Shown piece after piece: positions 28,941 through 38,442 of a stretch of DNA of 64,000 bases (its first letter is position 1; each line of letters begins with the position of its first letter). The DNA is taken from assembly GCA_013425335.1 (NCBI GenBank), contig JACCLG010000050.1, positions 17,532-81,531 on the forward strand, written 5' to 3'. This DNA is from Candidatus Micrarchaeota archaeon. GTDB lineage: Archaea > Micrarchaeota > Micrarchaeia > Burarchaeales > Fermentimicrarchaeaceae. The notes under the pieces were generated by a model. That model was given only the letters and a program-made list of their open reading frames with translations, was not told where the DNA came from and searched no databases. The translations under genes and the position numbers were made by a program.

Positions 28941-29340
28941 CCGGCCATGCCCGCGGTGAAAACATCAAAAGCATCAAAAGCAGGAAAATAAACCGCAGGT
29001 AAATCGGCAGCAAATCAGGTAAAATCGGTAAAAACATCAAAAAACTCGCTAATTTCAGTTCGGGTATAAAACAACTCGTATTCATTCGGTGAAACCGGCT
29101 GCTTCCTGCTGTATGCTGCCGTCTGAGCAGCATGTTTTTCAGTTTCACTGTTTCTGCCTCTCCGAAGAGAAACTGACTTAAACCTGCTCAGGCGTAAACC
29201 GCTTTTTCTGGCAGGAAATTCAGGAATCAGGAGTGAAACTGGCGGTTTTTCAGCTTTTTCTCATTTTCAGAGGTGCTGGACTGCGTCGTTTTCCGGCTTA
29301 TCCCGGTTTAGGCGCCTGTTTCACAGGCATTTTTGAATGG
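28941..29340. other. ~400-bp non-coding tract with phased A/T tracts
   Basis: A-runs at roughly 9-11-bp spacing in the first part and mainly T-runs in the second; no credible ORF. Confidence 0.55.
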
Positions 29341-29407
29341 TATATTATACCTATTTTATTCTTGTCGGTCTACAGAAATCCAAGCGTTATTGTAAGTGTG
29401 ATTACTG

Positions 29408-29617
29408 TTAAAAATTTACTCTTAATCTGTTTCCAAATTCGGAAATGAAAGCCAAGAATATACCAAATATCATAATAAAAAATCCTATGATATTACCAAT
29501 TATATTACCTGCTGTTAACATATAACCTAAGCCAACTAGGGATAGAATTGCTCCGATAAATGCAAGAGGTTTATCTGTTGCTAGCTTAACGATTATGTCA
29601 ACTTTATTATCTGACAT
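29408..29617 (-). CDS. Small two-TM membrane protein
   Basis: GAGGTGA RBS; two hydrophobic helices; AT-rich. Confidence 0.65.
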   Translation of the reverse strand: MSDNKVDIIVKLATDKPLAFIGAILSLVGLGYMLTAGNIIGNIIGFFIMIFGIFLAFISEFGNRLRVNF

Positions 29618-29645
29618 AGTCAATCACCTCTTTAATCAATAATAA

Positions 29646-30545
29646 CTATGAATTGCCAAATCCTTTCCACAGCACACCACATGTTGGAAAGCTAGTAAAA
29701 TTGATTGCAGTAGACTGTTCTGCCGGACTAAGTGGAAATTCCCACTTTGAGATTACCCTTAAATGTCTAATTTCATGTGGTTCTAAATCAATGCTCATAT
29801 ATTGCTTTCCATTAAGCATTATTACTACAGCTAAACCTGTATCCTTATCACAGTAACTATATCCACTCTGCGGTTCTATAACGTAACTCCTTATCTCCTC
29901 ATCTTCAAAATTTTTTATCGTATAGTCCGAAACTGCATAAATCGCATTATCTTGTAACCTAAAAAAACCTATTTTTACAGCAGGAATATTAGTTTCGCAT
30001 ACATTTATAGAAGTGGACTGGTAATTCCTTCCAATAAGAGTAGCATCACAACTCATCTTGTTTAAGTCGACCTCCTGCCCGATATACACGTCCAAACTTG
30101 TGCTTTTAACTTTGAAAGCGTTAGTGTCAATATCAAGATATATTGTATTAGTCATATTATTTCCACCGTTTGAATAATACCAGCTTTCTTGTGTAAACAC
30201 TTTCACATAAGGGTTCTCTTCTACTCTTAGGAGACTGAGATAAGCATTCCCAGGAAGCTCTACGGAAAAATTATCCGACCTCTCAAAAAAAGGTAGATTG
30301 GGAAATAATGCCGTATCGATATCGTAAGTAAGTTTCGAAATTTTGAAATATTCTATATCGTACCCCCCATTCCCATTTGCCACCGGTCCTCCGTATAAAT
30401 ACATGGGTTGGCTTTTGACATCAGAAATTCTAGGTGAAAAAATCGGTTGGATTGCTTGATTGGATATAAAATAAGCCAAGACGGTTATAACTAAACCCAC
30501 AATGGCCTTAATAATTAAACTTTGCGTATCCATTTTCTTTGCCAC
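29646..30545 (-). CDS. Hypothetical membrane-anchored extracellular protein
   Basis: Long ORF with N-terminal TM; AT-rich. Confidence 0.65.
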   Translation of the reverse strand: MAKKMDTQSLIIKAIVGLVITVLAYFISNQAIQPIFSPRISDVKSQPMYLYGGPVANGNGGYDIEYFKISKLTYDIDTALFPNLPFFERSDNFSVELPGNAYLSLLRVEENPYVKVFTQESWYYSNGGNNMTNTIYLDIDTNAFKVKSTSLDVYIGQEVDLNKMSCDATLIGRNYQSTSINVCETNIPAVKIGFFRLQDNAIYAVSDYTIKNFEDEEIRSYVIEPQSGYSYCDKDTGLAVVIMLNGKQYMSIDLEPHEIRHLRVISKWEFPLSPAEQSTAINFTSFPTCGVLWKGFGNS

Positions 30546-30661
30546 AAGTTCACCATTATACATTTTATCTCTGTAAGATTATAAATCTACTCCATCACTG
30601 GAAAGGTACCCCTTCGTGAAGTTTATAAACCATTAATACGAAGGATAATATAGGTGGATTT

Positions 30662-31507
30662 GTGGCAGAAGAGAAAGCAAAAATTACGGGCCTACTAAAT
30701 AAACTCTACGTAAAAGACTGCATAGAATTCATGCGTGAGTTACCGGAAAAATGTATAGACGTTATTGTAACTTCACCTCCTTATAACATCGGCAAAGATT
30801 ATTCAGTTTATAATGATGACAAGACTAGACAGGGATACCTTGACTGGATGGAAAAGGTAGCGGTTGGAAGTAAAAGAGTTCTAAAGGAGAATGGTTCTTT
30901 CTTCTTAAATGTTGGTGGCAAACCATCTGATCTTGTAATACCGTATGATGTTGAAAACCGTTTTAGGAGGCATTTTATTTTGCAGAATGATATAATCTGG
31001 GTTAAATCTATAGCAATAACTAAAGAAGACGTAGGGAAGAGTAATGGACTGGACCATGATGTTTTGGTAGGGCACTATAAACCGATCCAAAGCAGCCGTT
31101 TTCTGAATAATTGCCACGAGAACATCTTTCACTTTACAAAAGAGGGTAAAACAAGCCTCCATAAACTTTCTATCGGTGTCCCATATCAATACAAATCAAA
31201 TATAGCACGCTGGGGCAAAAAACAGGATATACGAGACAGAGGCGATGTTTGGTTTATCCCTTATGAGACGATACAGGAGCGTCGTCCGCATCCTGCTGTT
31301 TTTCCAAAGAAACTCCCTCTATTATGTGTAAAATTACATGGAGTTAAGAAGGATATGATTGTTTATGACCCATTTGTTGGAATAGGAACTACTGCTTTAG
31401 CTTGTTTAGACTTAAAAGTAAACTACTTAGGTACTGATGTAGACCATAATTACATCAAAATTGCAAATGAAAGAATTGAGGAAATAAAGGCACAATTAAA
31501 GCTTTGA
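30662..31507 (+). CDS. Site-specific DNA methyltransferase (N4-C/N6-A, beta class)
   Basis: VTSPPYN (motif IV) precedes HPAVFP and DPFVGIGTT (motif I). Confidence 0.93.
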   Translation: MAEEKAKITGLLNKLYVKDCIEFMRELPEKCIDVIVTSPPYNIGKDYSVYNDDKTRQGYLDWMEKVAVGSKRVLKENGSFFLNVGGKPSDLVIPYDVENRFRRHFILQNDIIWVKSIAITKEDVGKSNGLDHDVLVGHYKPIQSSRFLNNCHENIFHFTKEGKTSLHKLSIGVPYQYKSNIARWGKKQDIRDRGDVWFIPYETIQERRPHPAVFPKKLPLLCVKLHGVKKDMIVYDPFVGIGTTALACLDLKVNYLGTDVDHNYIKIANERIEEIKAQLKL

Positions 31508-31993
31508 TTGTGATCCAGCCATACTGCTTAAAAGTTGGAGTGCTTTTTCACGAGAAATTTTTGTAGTAGTGCCCAATTCTCCAGCTTTCCACCACGAACG
31601 TACTTGTTCTGAAGTTATTATCCAAAAAGGAACATCCGGGAATTTTTCTATGTCCGACACTATATATCCCTTAATCTCTTTGAGTTTTACTAAAAATCCT
31701 TCTTCCTCAAAAGAACGCTTCGAACCAACCATATAACTGGGGGAAAAATATATTCCACCCTTGCTAATACTTCTGACTTCCCACTTTCCACCTTCTCTAT
31801 CTAAGAGGTCAAAACCTGCTCCTTCACTTGAGGCAAGCTTCCCATGCAAAACCTCATAAGCAAGCCGTCTTTCCAATAGAAATGAAACACGGCGCCCATC
31901 TGTAAAATAAAGGCGAACATCATCCTTGCCTATTTTTAATGCCTTAGCAATTTCTTCAATATTCCATTTGAGATAACCTTCGATTTTGCCCAT
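31496..31993 (-). CDS. Putative type II restriction endonuclease
   Basis: Convergent with and overlapping the MTase; FDL...WEVRS resembles a PD-(D/E)XK core. Confidence 0.6.
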   Translation of the reverse strand: MGKIEGYLKWNIEEIAKALKIGKDDVRLYFTDGRRVSFLLERRLAYEVLHGKLASSEGAGFDLLDREGGKWEVRSISKGGIYFSPSYMVGSKRSFEEEGFLVKLKEIKGYIVSDIEKFPDVPFWIITSEQVRSWWKAGELGTTTKISREKALQLLSSMAGSQSKL

Positions 31994-32010
31994 GACAATC
32001 ACCGAGAGAC

Positions 32011-33975
32011 TCAGCTTTTATCTTTAAAATCATCGATTAAGCCATTTATATTACTAAACAGAGAGTCATTTATAACACTAAGCAGTTTTGTGAAAGACCG
32101 TTTTAAGTTATTTGGATAATTGGTAAAGTCATATCCAATTTGTTTAGCTAATTCTGAGCTTTCTTTCTTTTTTTGTTTATCATTTGATATATGCGTCAGA
32201 TGTCTACGGATACCCCTAAGCAATTTAACAGAATTTTCAATCTCATTTTGCTGCTTTTCACTTGCGTTTAGATACTTCGAAAATTCTTTTAAAGCTTCAA
32301 CATCCCCGCTGCAACTTTTGCCTAACTTATCTTCTATTTCTTTTTTATTTAAGTTTTCAATAATTAATTGATTTAGTAAATCAACACCCTGATCAAATTC
32401 TAAAGGCGTTTGTACCTCTTTCGGGAAATAAACAATTTTAACCACTTTATCAGTCGGTATATCATGAAATAATCCAAAATTAAGTTTATTGTTACTAATA
32501 CCATTTGTCTCATTAATGCGTCCGATTATTGAAATCAGCGTCAATTCAGTAAGCGTACTACTTACCAGATCCTTACTATTCCCTACTAGTCTTTTTGAAA
32601 GCTCATCAGTTGCCTTGTTAATTTCTCTGAATGTTAGGCATTGACCATACTTTTTCTCACTAAATTCTTCATCTCTAATACTTTCGAGTTTAGTTTCAAA
32701 ATCCTCTTTCGATGGTTTTCTTTTGCGAATTAAAGCAAGAATAACTGGCAGTATACTAAGAAATACATTTATGCCCTGTCTTTTTGTAATTACATAGTTA
32801 TCCCTATCGTTCCACTGCTTTTCAAAACAACTCTTTATAGCGCTTAGATAGTTGATTAGTATTACCACTATCTCTTTTTCATCACGAGACTTCAATTCCC
32901 TCTCCATAAGTTTTGGAAGAACATAAAATTGACTATTACCAATCCACTTCTTAGTCTGCCATTCATGTATCCTAATTTTTTTATATAGAGGTGAATTCGG
33001 CATTTCATTTAATCTATGGACTACCACAGCAGTTCTTCCTTTAGTATCATCTATTTTCTGCAATCTAAATAATAACCAATTACGCAAAGTTGCGGGGACT
33101 CTTTTTTGATTATCATTAATCTCTGTGAAAAGAGATATTTTCCTAGTAGATTCTAACTCTTCGAAGCCAGTAATAATAATCTTAAATTTATCAGGGGTTT
33201 TTTGCTTCTTGCATTCTTTAAAACCGTATAATCTATGCTGACCGTCTATTACTTCAACCGATTGCTCTACTAATGGAATTTCGAGATAGCCTTGTTCAAA
33301 TACTCCTTTCTTAGTTGTTGTAAAATTAACTCGTTTAGTGAAGTTGACTATAATGTTATTCGCAAGAATAGCTTTTGGTTTGTCAAGAAAAGAACCTATC
33401 TCTTTTAGTCTTTTTGGTTTTAAATATCGTTGATAACCTAGCGGCGTATTCTCTTCATCTCGGTCAACTTTGGCGATTTTGAGTAAATCTGTCGCTCTCA
33501 TAGCAAATATGTACATTTTTTCTTTTCCTTGCTTGACTCGAATCGATGGTACTGATATTAACTGAGGAGGGATTTCAAAAAATTTCTCTATCAAAATTGA
33601 TGCATAATCTTTCTTGTAAAGTTTCGAATTTTGCCAATAACTCCCCAACATAGGTTCGTCCCATATTATTATTCCTCTACTTTTTGCCCATTCTTTATTT
33701 TTTGAGCTAACCCTCTTAGAATCGAAAACTAAAAGGCCACATATCTTGTTTATTTTCTTTCTATCTAATTCGTGGACTATGCCATCTAATTCCCGAACAC
33801 AAGTTTTAACATTACGCCCCTTAGCCATCGTACATTCAATTATTAGTTTAAACTCTCTGAAACTTGCAACCACATCAATTTCTTTATCAGCTAACTCAAT
33901 TTTGGTTTTTACTTTAAATCCTGCATTTCTAAAAAGTTTGGCTACCTTTTTTTCAGTTCGATTAAGTCTTGGCAT
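32011..33975 (-). CDS. Restriction-endonuclease-like domain fused to a DGQHR (DndB-like) domain
   Basis: N-terminal EIDVVA...IIEC; central YQR, VIDGQHRLYG, F.EIN..QK.V. Confidence 0.85.
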   Translation of the reverse strand: MPRLNRTEKKVAKLFRNAGFKVKTKIELADKEIDVVASFREFKLIIECTMAKGRNVKTCVRELDGIVHELDRKKINKICGLLVFDSKRVSSKNKEWAKSRGIIIWDEPMLGSYWQNSKLYKKDYASILIEKFFEIPPQLISVPSIRVKQGKEKMYIFAMRATDLLKIAKVDRDEENTPLGYQRYLKPKRLKEIGSFLDKPKAILANNIIVNFTKRVNFTTTKKGVFEQGYLEIPLVEQSVEVIDGQHRLYGFKECKKQKTPDKFKIIITGFEELESTRKISLFTEINDNQKRVPATLRNWLLFRLQKIDDTKGRTAVVVHRLNEMPNSPLYKKIRIHEWQTKKWIGNSQFYVLPKLMERELKSRDEKEIVVILINYLSAIKSCFEKQWNDRDNYVITKRQGINVFLSILPVILALIRKRKPSKEDFETKLESIRDEEFSEKKYGQCLTFREINKATDELSKRLVGNSKDLVSSTLTELTLISIIGRINETNGISNNKLNFGLFHDIPTDKVVKIVYFPKEVQTPLEFDQGVDLLNQLIIENLNKKEIEDKLGKSCSGDVEALKEFSKYLNASEKQQNEIENSVKLLRGIRRHLTHISNDKQKKKESSELAKQIGYDFTNYPNNLKRSFTKLLSVINDSLFSNINGLIDDFKDKS

Positions 33976-34063
33976 ACACTCCCTCGGATTACAGCAATAC
34001 GATTATTATTTGTGTTGTATATTAAGCTTTTTATTACGATACTTGCTTCATAACATATAACGT

Positions 34064-34345
34064 TCACACGCTCACGTACGGAGCATATTCATCCATGTGA
34101 CTGAATTTCACCCTATCCTGCTGTTCTTTCTCCAGTTCCATTTTTATGTGTGACTCCACGAAGCTCTTCACGTAAGGATGTTCGTATAACACTATAACTT
34201 CATTAAATCCGTCCTCAAAATCTTTCTTTATATTAGTCAGGGCGTTCTTGTATTCAAAAGTAACTTCAACTGCAATTCTTTTCTTATGGGGGCTTTTTTC
34301 AGTAGGAAATACCGCAACATCCACTCTCCCGCCTCTTCCTCTCGA
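34064..34345 (-). pseudogene. Truncated PD-(D/E)XK-domain gene remnant
   Basis: Frame reads GRVDVAV...RIAVEV...NIKKD with no N-terminal part; abuts the HAD gene stop at the island edge. Confidence 0.45.
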
Positions 34346-34348
34346 ACA

Positions 34349-35050
34349 TTACTCCTCCAGCTCCTTAACCACCTTCACTATCCCCTCAAACCTCTCAATT
34401 GTGAAATCCGCAACATTCTCCTCCTCGGAATACCTCTGGCATCCATACTTTGCCAGGCAGGTTAGGAGCCCTGCTTTCTTTGCTCCAATTATGTCTCTCT
34501 CAGGATTATCTCCAACAAACAAAGCCTCCCTCGGAGACACTCCCAGCAGGTGAACCACCCTGAGGAAAGGCTGTTTCGACGGCTTCAACTCCTTTGTATC
34601 CTCATATGTCACAACAACGTCAAAAAGATGGTCCAGTCCTGAGAGGATGAGCCTCTGCCACGCCTTCTCCCTGGGCGCATCTGAGACTATCCCAAGCTTG
34701 TAGCTCTGCTTAAGCTTCTTCAGAGTGCCCACAACTTTCGGCCTCGGTCTCAGCAAAGCGTATTTCTTCTTCTCATATGCGATTATTGCAGCCTGCTTCG
34801 CATGCTCGTGCAGATGCGGGCCCAGAACATAGCCTGAGAGAAGCTCCTCAAACGTTCTCTGGTACTCTATTCCTCTTGTTTCGTATATTGCGAATATCTT
34901 CCCGTAAAGCTCCCTCTCCCCTGCCTTCACCCCTGCTTCCCGGATGGCTTTGGCTGCAGCAAGCGCGCTCTCCCTCTTGAAGCCTGAGAAGTCAAGCAAT
35001 GTGTTGTCCAGGTCAAAAACAATTGCCTTAATCATATAAAATCCACTCAT
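34349..35050 (-). CDS. HAD-superfamily hydrolase
   Basis: FDLDNTL, KP, VGDNPERDIIGA. Confidence 0.92.
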   Translation of the reverse strand: MSGFYMIKAIVFDLDNTLLDFSGFKRESALAAAKAIREAGVKAGERELYGKIFAIYETRGIEYQRTFEELLSGYVLGPHLHEHAKQAAIIAYEKKKYALLRPRPKVVGTLKKLKQSYKLGIVSDAPREKAWQRLILSGLDHLFDVVVTYEDTKELKPSKQPFLRVVHLLGVSPREALFVGDNPERDIIGAKKAGLLTCLAKYGCQRYSEEENVADFTIERFEGIVKVVKELEE

Positions 35051-35065
35051 ACCAAATATTCTTAG

Positions 35066-35084
35066 GTATATTAAGATTGCTTTG
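35066..35084 (-). promoter_or_regulatory. 19-bp BRE/TATA element CAAAGCAATCTTAATATAC, copy 1 (identical at 39499-39517 and 40011-40029)
   Basis: Three exact copies, each upstream of a minus-strand gene. Confidence 0.75.
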
Positions 35085-35096
35085 GCTTTAATGTAT

Positions 35097-36089
35097 TCAG
35101 CTATCCCTATTCATATCTTTCCCAAATTCTTTAGATACTAATTCACGAAACGTTGTCTTAAATGAAACTTGGTGCTTTGGTCCACCCATAGTAATCTCCC
35201 TAAAAAGTTTTCGTGGCTCACCATCGATAACATATACTTTATGCTCCCAATTTAGACTAGAATCCCATCCTTCTTCTTTTACCCATTTTATATACTCGTT
35301 TTTAGCTTTGCAACCTCTCCAGCTTTCTTTAGCAGTTTCGATTTTCGTTTCTTTAACTTTACAGATATGAGTTATTGCACTGGGTAAACCATTTTTTCTA
35401 TGCGTTTCGATTACTGCTATATACAAAGCATCAGCAGCACCAGTATTTTGTACTATTATATTTTTTTCTTTTAATAGTTTGAAAAACATAGGCTTAGTAT
35501 ATACCGCAAGTACTTCAACAACATCTTCAATACGTTGTTCATCCATCTTTTTTATACTATTCATCATATCACCTATCCATACATTAAACATCTTCGTCAT
35601 TTTCTTTGTTGATTTTTCTGATAAGTCTATTAAATACTGCCAAGAATATGTTAAAAATTCTGTTTTTTCTAATTTCAACTCGCTTTGGATACTCTCAGTC
35701 TCTTCAGAAGTCAGATCTCGTTTTGTCACATATACCAAACGTATATTTGGAAAGTAGGCTCTTTGTTTGAGCAGGAAATCTGCATAATTCTTAAGCTGAG
35801 AAACGTATTCAGGTTTGTGTTCAATAATTTTTGATTCTATAATCACCATAAACTCATTTTGCTTGCGTATCATCAGATCAGTTATTCCATAAGGTTCAAT
35901 AGATTCTTGAGTTCTTATTCTAACGTCTCTGATTTTGGAATTGGGTAACTTAAGCTCTTTTAAGAATTCAGTAAAAACCTGTTGATCACTATGCAGAATG
36001 AAACCAAAAGAAATAGATAAACGATTTTCTGTTCGAGGATTTTTCGGCAATCTCGCTTGCACAAAGTCAAATATATTATCAATATTCAC
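35097..36089 (-). CDS. PD-(D/E)XK nuclease-family protein
   Basis: ENRLS, TDLMI...IIESKI, QLKNY; AT-rich. Confidence 0.7.
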   Translation of the reverse strand: MNIDNIFDFVQARLPKNPRTENRLSISFGFILHSDQQVFTEFLKELKLPNSKIRDVRIRTQESIEPYGITDLMIRKQNEFMVIIESKIIEHKPEYVSQLKNYADFLLKQRAYFPNIRLVYVTKRDLTSEETESIQSELKLEKTEFLTYSWQYLIDLSEKSTKKMTKMFNVWIGDMMNSIKKMDEQRIEDVVEVLAVYTKPMFFKLLKEKNIIVQNTGAADALYIAVIETHRKNGLPSAITHICKVKETKIETAKESWRGCKAKNEYIKWVKEEGWDSSLNWEHKVYVIDGEPRKLFREITMGGPKHQVSFKTTFRELVSKEFGKDMNRDS

Positions 36090-36146
36090 TCTAACACCCT
36101 AAGCAATATTTACTATAATTCTGGCTGTACATATCTATTGTTTCCT

Positions 36147-37490
36147 TCAAATCTCGCACTTCCTTCCCTTTTCAGTAACCTCCGTATTCCTGCAAGCAAC
36201 ACCAAACATCCCAGGATTCATCGTATGTACTGGGAAAACCTTCTTGGCATCTATCTCCTTCACAATCTCAAAAATCTCGCTTTTGCTTGCGTGCCCGCTT
36301 GCGTGGAGCTGGTGCCTCCTCATCCCAAAATGCTCCAGCCAGTTCTCCAGCACATCATCAGAAACCTGCGACATCGGGTCCTCCTCGAAAGGCTCGCTCA
36401 TTGAATGGATGCACTCCCCCCCGGAAGGCCTCACATCCACCAGCTCAGTCAACTGCCAGAAGTCCAGCTCGAATATCAGCTCCTTCTGGTTGTCATGAAT
36501 ATACCCAGAATCAACGCAGTCGTCCATCATCGGCTTCTCCCATTTCTTGTATGTTTTCATCTTCCTGCAGTAAACCTCAATATGCTTATCCTTGAAAGGG
36601 TCAGAAAGCCCCAGAGGGTCGTCCTTCAAAGACTGAAGAAGATGGGCGGTTTTCATGGATGTCACCAGCTTCCTCCCGCTTTCCTTCGCAATATCATGGA
36701 AAGTCCTGAACCTGTCCAAGTCTTTCGGGTATCTCATTGCAAGCACAAGCCTGTCAGATTCATGGATAACTTTCTTGCTTTCCTCCTTCACAGACTCCTC
36801 GGAGTAATTCTTCCTTTTTTCCACGTCAAATACCCTGGTTCCTTCTATTATGAGTGCCTCAGGCTCAGCTTCCTTTGCCCTCTGGACGAACTCACGGGTC
36901 ATGTCGCCTCTTGGGCCGTGCTGCCTCAAGTCTCCGGTATAAGCAACCACCCCTTCAGATGTTTCAACAAGGAAGCCGTATGCGCCTGGAACGGAATGGT
37001 CGACATGGATTGGAGTTACCTTCAAATCCCCCACGGAAATCTCCTGCCCGCTCCTGAATTGCCTTATCTCGGCCCCTTCTGCGAAGTATCTGTTGCTCGT
37101 GGTCTCAGCATTGGAGTCAAGTATCTTCTTGGCAGTTTCTCCCATGTAGATAGGTATCCCTGGATGCAGATATTCCAGATGAGCCACATGGTCAAAATGG
37201 GCGTGGGAGATGAAAACCCCGTCAAACCCCGGTTCAGAGGCCTTCAGGTCAGTATGCTCAATTGCCTCATCTGAGTAAAGCCCGTTCAACTTCGGAATAA
37301 GCCCAAATTCGAAGTAATCCCTGAGCCCGAACCTGTCCCTTGGGGAGAGATAAGACTCTGGGACGAAATAATCATCCAGCAGGGAGAAGGACTGCCCGAA
37401 GTCCAGGAATATCCTTGTCTTCCTGTCCTCAAGCAGTATCTTGTTTCCGCCTATCTCCTTTACTCCGCCGAAGAATGTAAGAGATGTCAT
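36147..37490 (-). CDS. MBL-fold metallo-hydrolase, RNase J/beta-CASP-like
   Basis: GGVKEIGGNKI, SHAHFDH, VDHSVPGA, YTGD, EGT, HASGH, PVHT. Confidence 0.9.
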   Translation of the reverse strand: MTSLTFFGGVKEIGGNKILLEDRKTRIFLDFGQSFSLLDDYFVPESYLSPRDRFGLRDYFEFGLIPKLNGLYSDEAIEHTDLKASEPGFDGVFISHAHFDHVAHLEYLHPGIPIYMGETAKKILDSNAETTSNRYFAEGAEIRQFRSGQEISVGDLKVTPIHVDHSVPGAYGFLVETSEGVVAYTGDLRQHGPRGDMTREFVQRAKEAEPEALIIEGTRVFDVEKRKNYSEESVKEESKKVIHESDRLVLAMRYPKDLDRFRTFHDIAKESGRKLVTSMKTAHLLQSLKDDPLGLSDPFKDKHIEVYCRKMKTYKKWEKPMMDDCVDSGYIHDNQKELIFELDFWQLTELVDVRPSGGECIHSMSEPFEEDPMSQVSDDVLENWLEHFGMRRHQLHASGHASKSEIFEIVKEIDAKKVFPVHTMNPGMFGVACRNTEVTEKGRKCEI

Positions 37491-38116
37491 TTATATCCCT
37501 CCAGCAGAAGCCTGCCCCAGAACGTCTGGGAGTACTTCTTTTCATCCTGGTTGAATGATACAAACCCAATGCTCTCAAGGTTGTTCAAATGGCGGAAAAT
37601 GCGGGGGTAATCCTTCCTATCCCCCTTCAAATCATCCACAATCTCTTTCAGCTTCCTGTCCTCTTTCACTGCTTCCAGAACCTTCTTCTGCGAGCTGCTC
37701 AGGACAAATGGAGCCGATATAGGGGGCAGCAGATCAGTTTTGAACCTATCAGCCTTCCTTATTGTTACAATGAGGTGCATTTTCCTCTTGACAAAGAAGG
37801 TTGCGTAGAGCAAAGCCAGCGCGATGTGCCTCTCCCCTCCCCCTATGTGGATGTAAAGCTCGTCATCTTTGCCTGTTGAATTGAGGATGCGGATGCACTC
37901 TCTGACTGCCTTCTCAAACGGTTCGTCTGTTATGAACTCCTCTCTGGTGCTTATCAATGTCTTTATCCTTTCGATTGTATCCCTGACCTTCTCCCTCTCC
38001 GAGCGGTCTTTTGAGTGAATCACAATGGCCCTGTCTGCCCCCGTTTTAACCGCATTCCTTAATGACTCTTCAAAAACCTTGGGGGTAAACCCCACCGACA
38101 TGACGTGAATCCGCAT
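37487..38116 (-). CDS. Csa3-like CARF-winged-HTH transcription regulator
   Basis: N-terminal SVGFT and GGGER..ALAL (CARF-like); C-terminal RHLNNLESIGFV...Y..T..G (wHTH). Confidence 0.7.
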   Translation of the reverse strand: MRIHVMSVGFTPKVFEESLRNAVKTGADRAIVIHSKDRSEREKVRDTIERIKTLISTREEFITDEPFEKAVRECIRILNSTGKDDELYIHIGGGERHIALALLYATFFVKRKMHLIVTIRKADRFKTDLLPPISAPFVLSSSQKKVLEAVKEDRKLKEIVDDLKGDRKDYPRIFRHLNNLESIGFVSFNQDEKKYSQTFWGRLLLEGYK

Positions 38117-38150
38117 GGATAGCTATTATCTGTGAAAGTATTTAAAGTTA

Positions 38151-38195
38151 ATGTTTGCTTTTATAAAGCAACTATTTAATAAAAAGAGCAAACAT
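38151..38195. promoter_or_regulatory. Inverted-repeat operator between divergent TATA boxes
   Basis: ATGTTTGCT...AGCAAACAT outer repeat with inner near-palindrome TTGCTTTTATAAAGCAA. Confidence 0.55.
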
Positions 38196-38235
38196 TTAAA
38201 TAGAACTTCCTTCATAATTAAGGGTGGGTGATAGT

Positions 38236-38409
38236 TTGAACGGGAAATTGGTTAGAAGGAGAAGGAAGTGCGGGGGTGCCATCACGGTGGCTACGGAGGG
38301 AATGGTCATAGAAGTGGGCTCGGATAACATCAGGGAGTCTGAGCGCATCGTGAAGAGCATGCTGGAGAGTCTCAAAGAGCCGAAAAAGCAGGTAACCTAT
38401 ATCCGGTGA
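38236..38409 (+). CDS. Small hypothetical protein
   Basis: GGTGA RBS, TATA, Arg-rich N-terminus. Confidence 0.55.
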   Translation: MNGKLVRRRRKCGGAITVATEGMVIEVGSDNIRESERIVKSMLESLKEPKKQVTYIR

Positions 38410-38442
38410 TTGGATGTACGAGGAATATGTGGAGGTGGGGAA

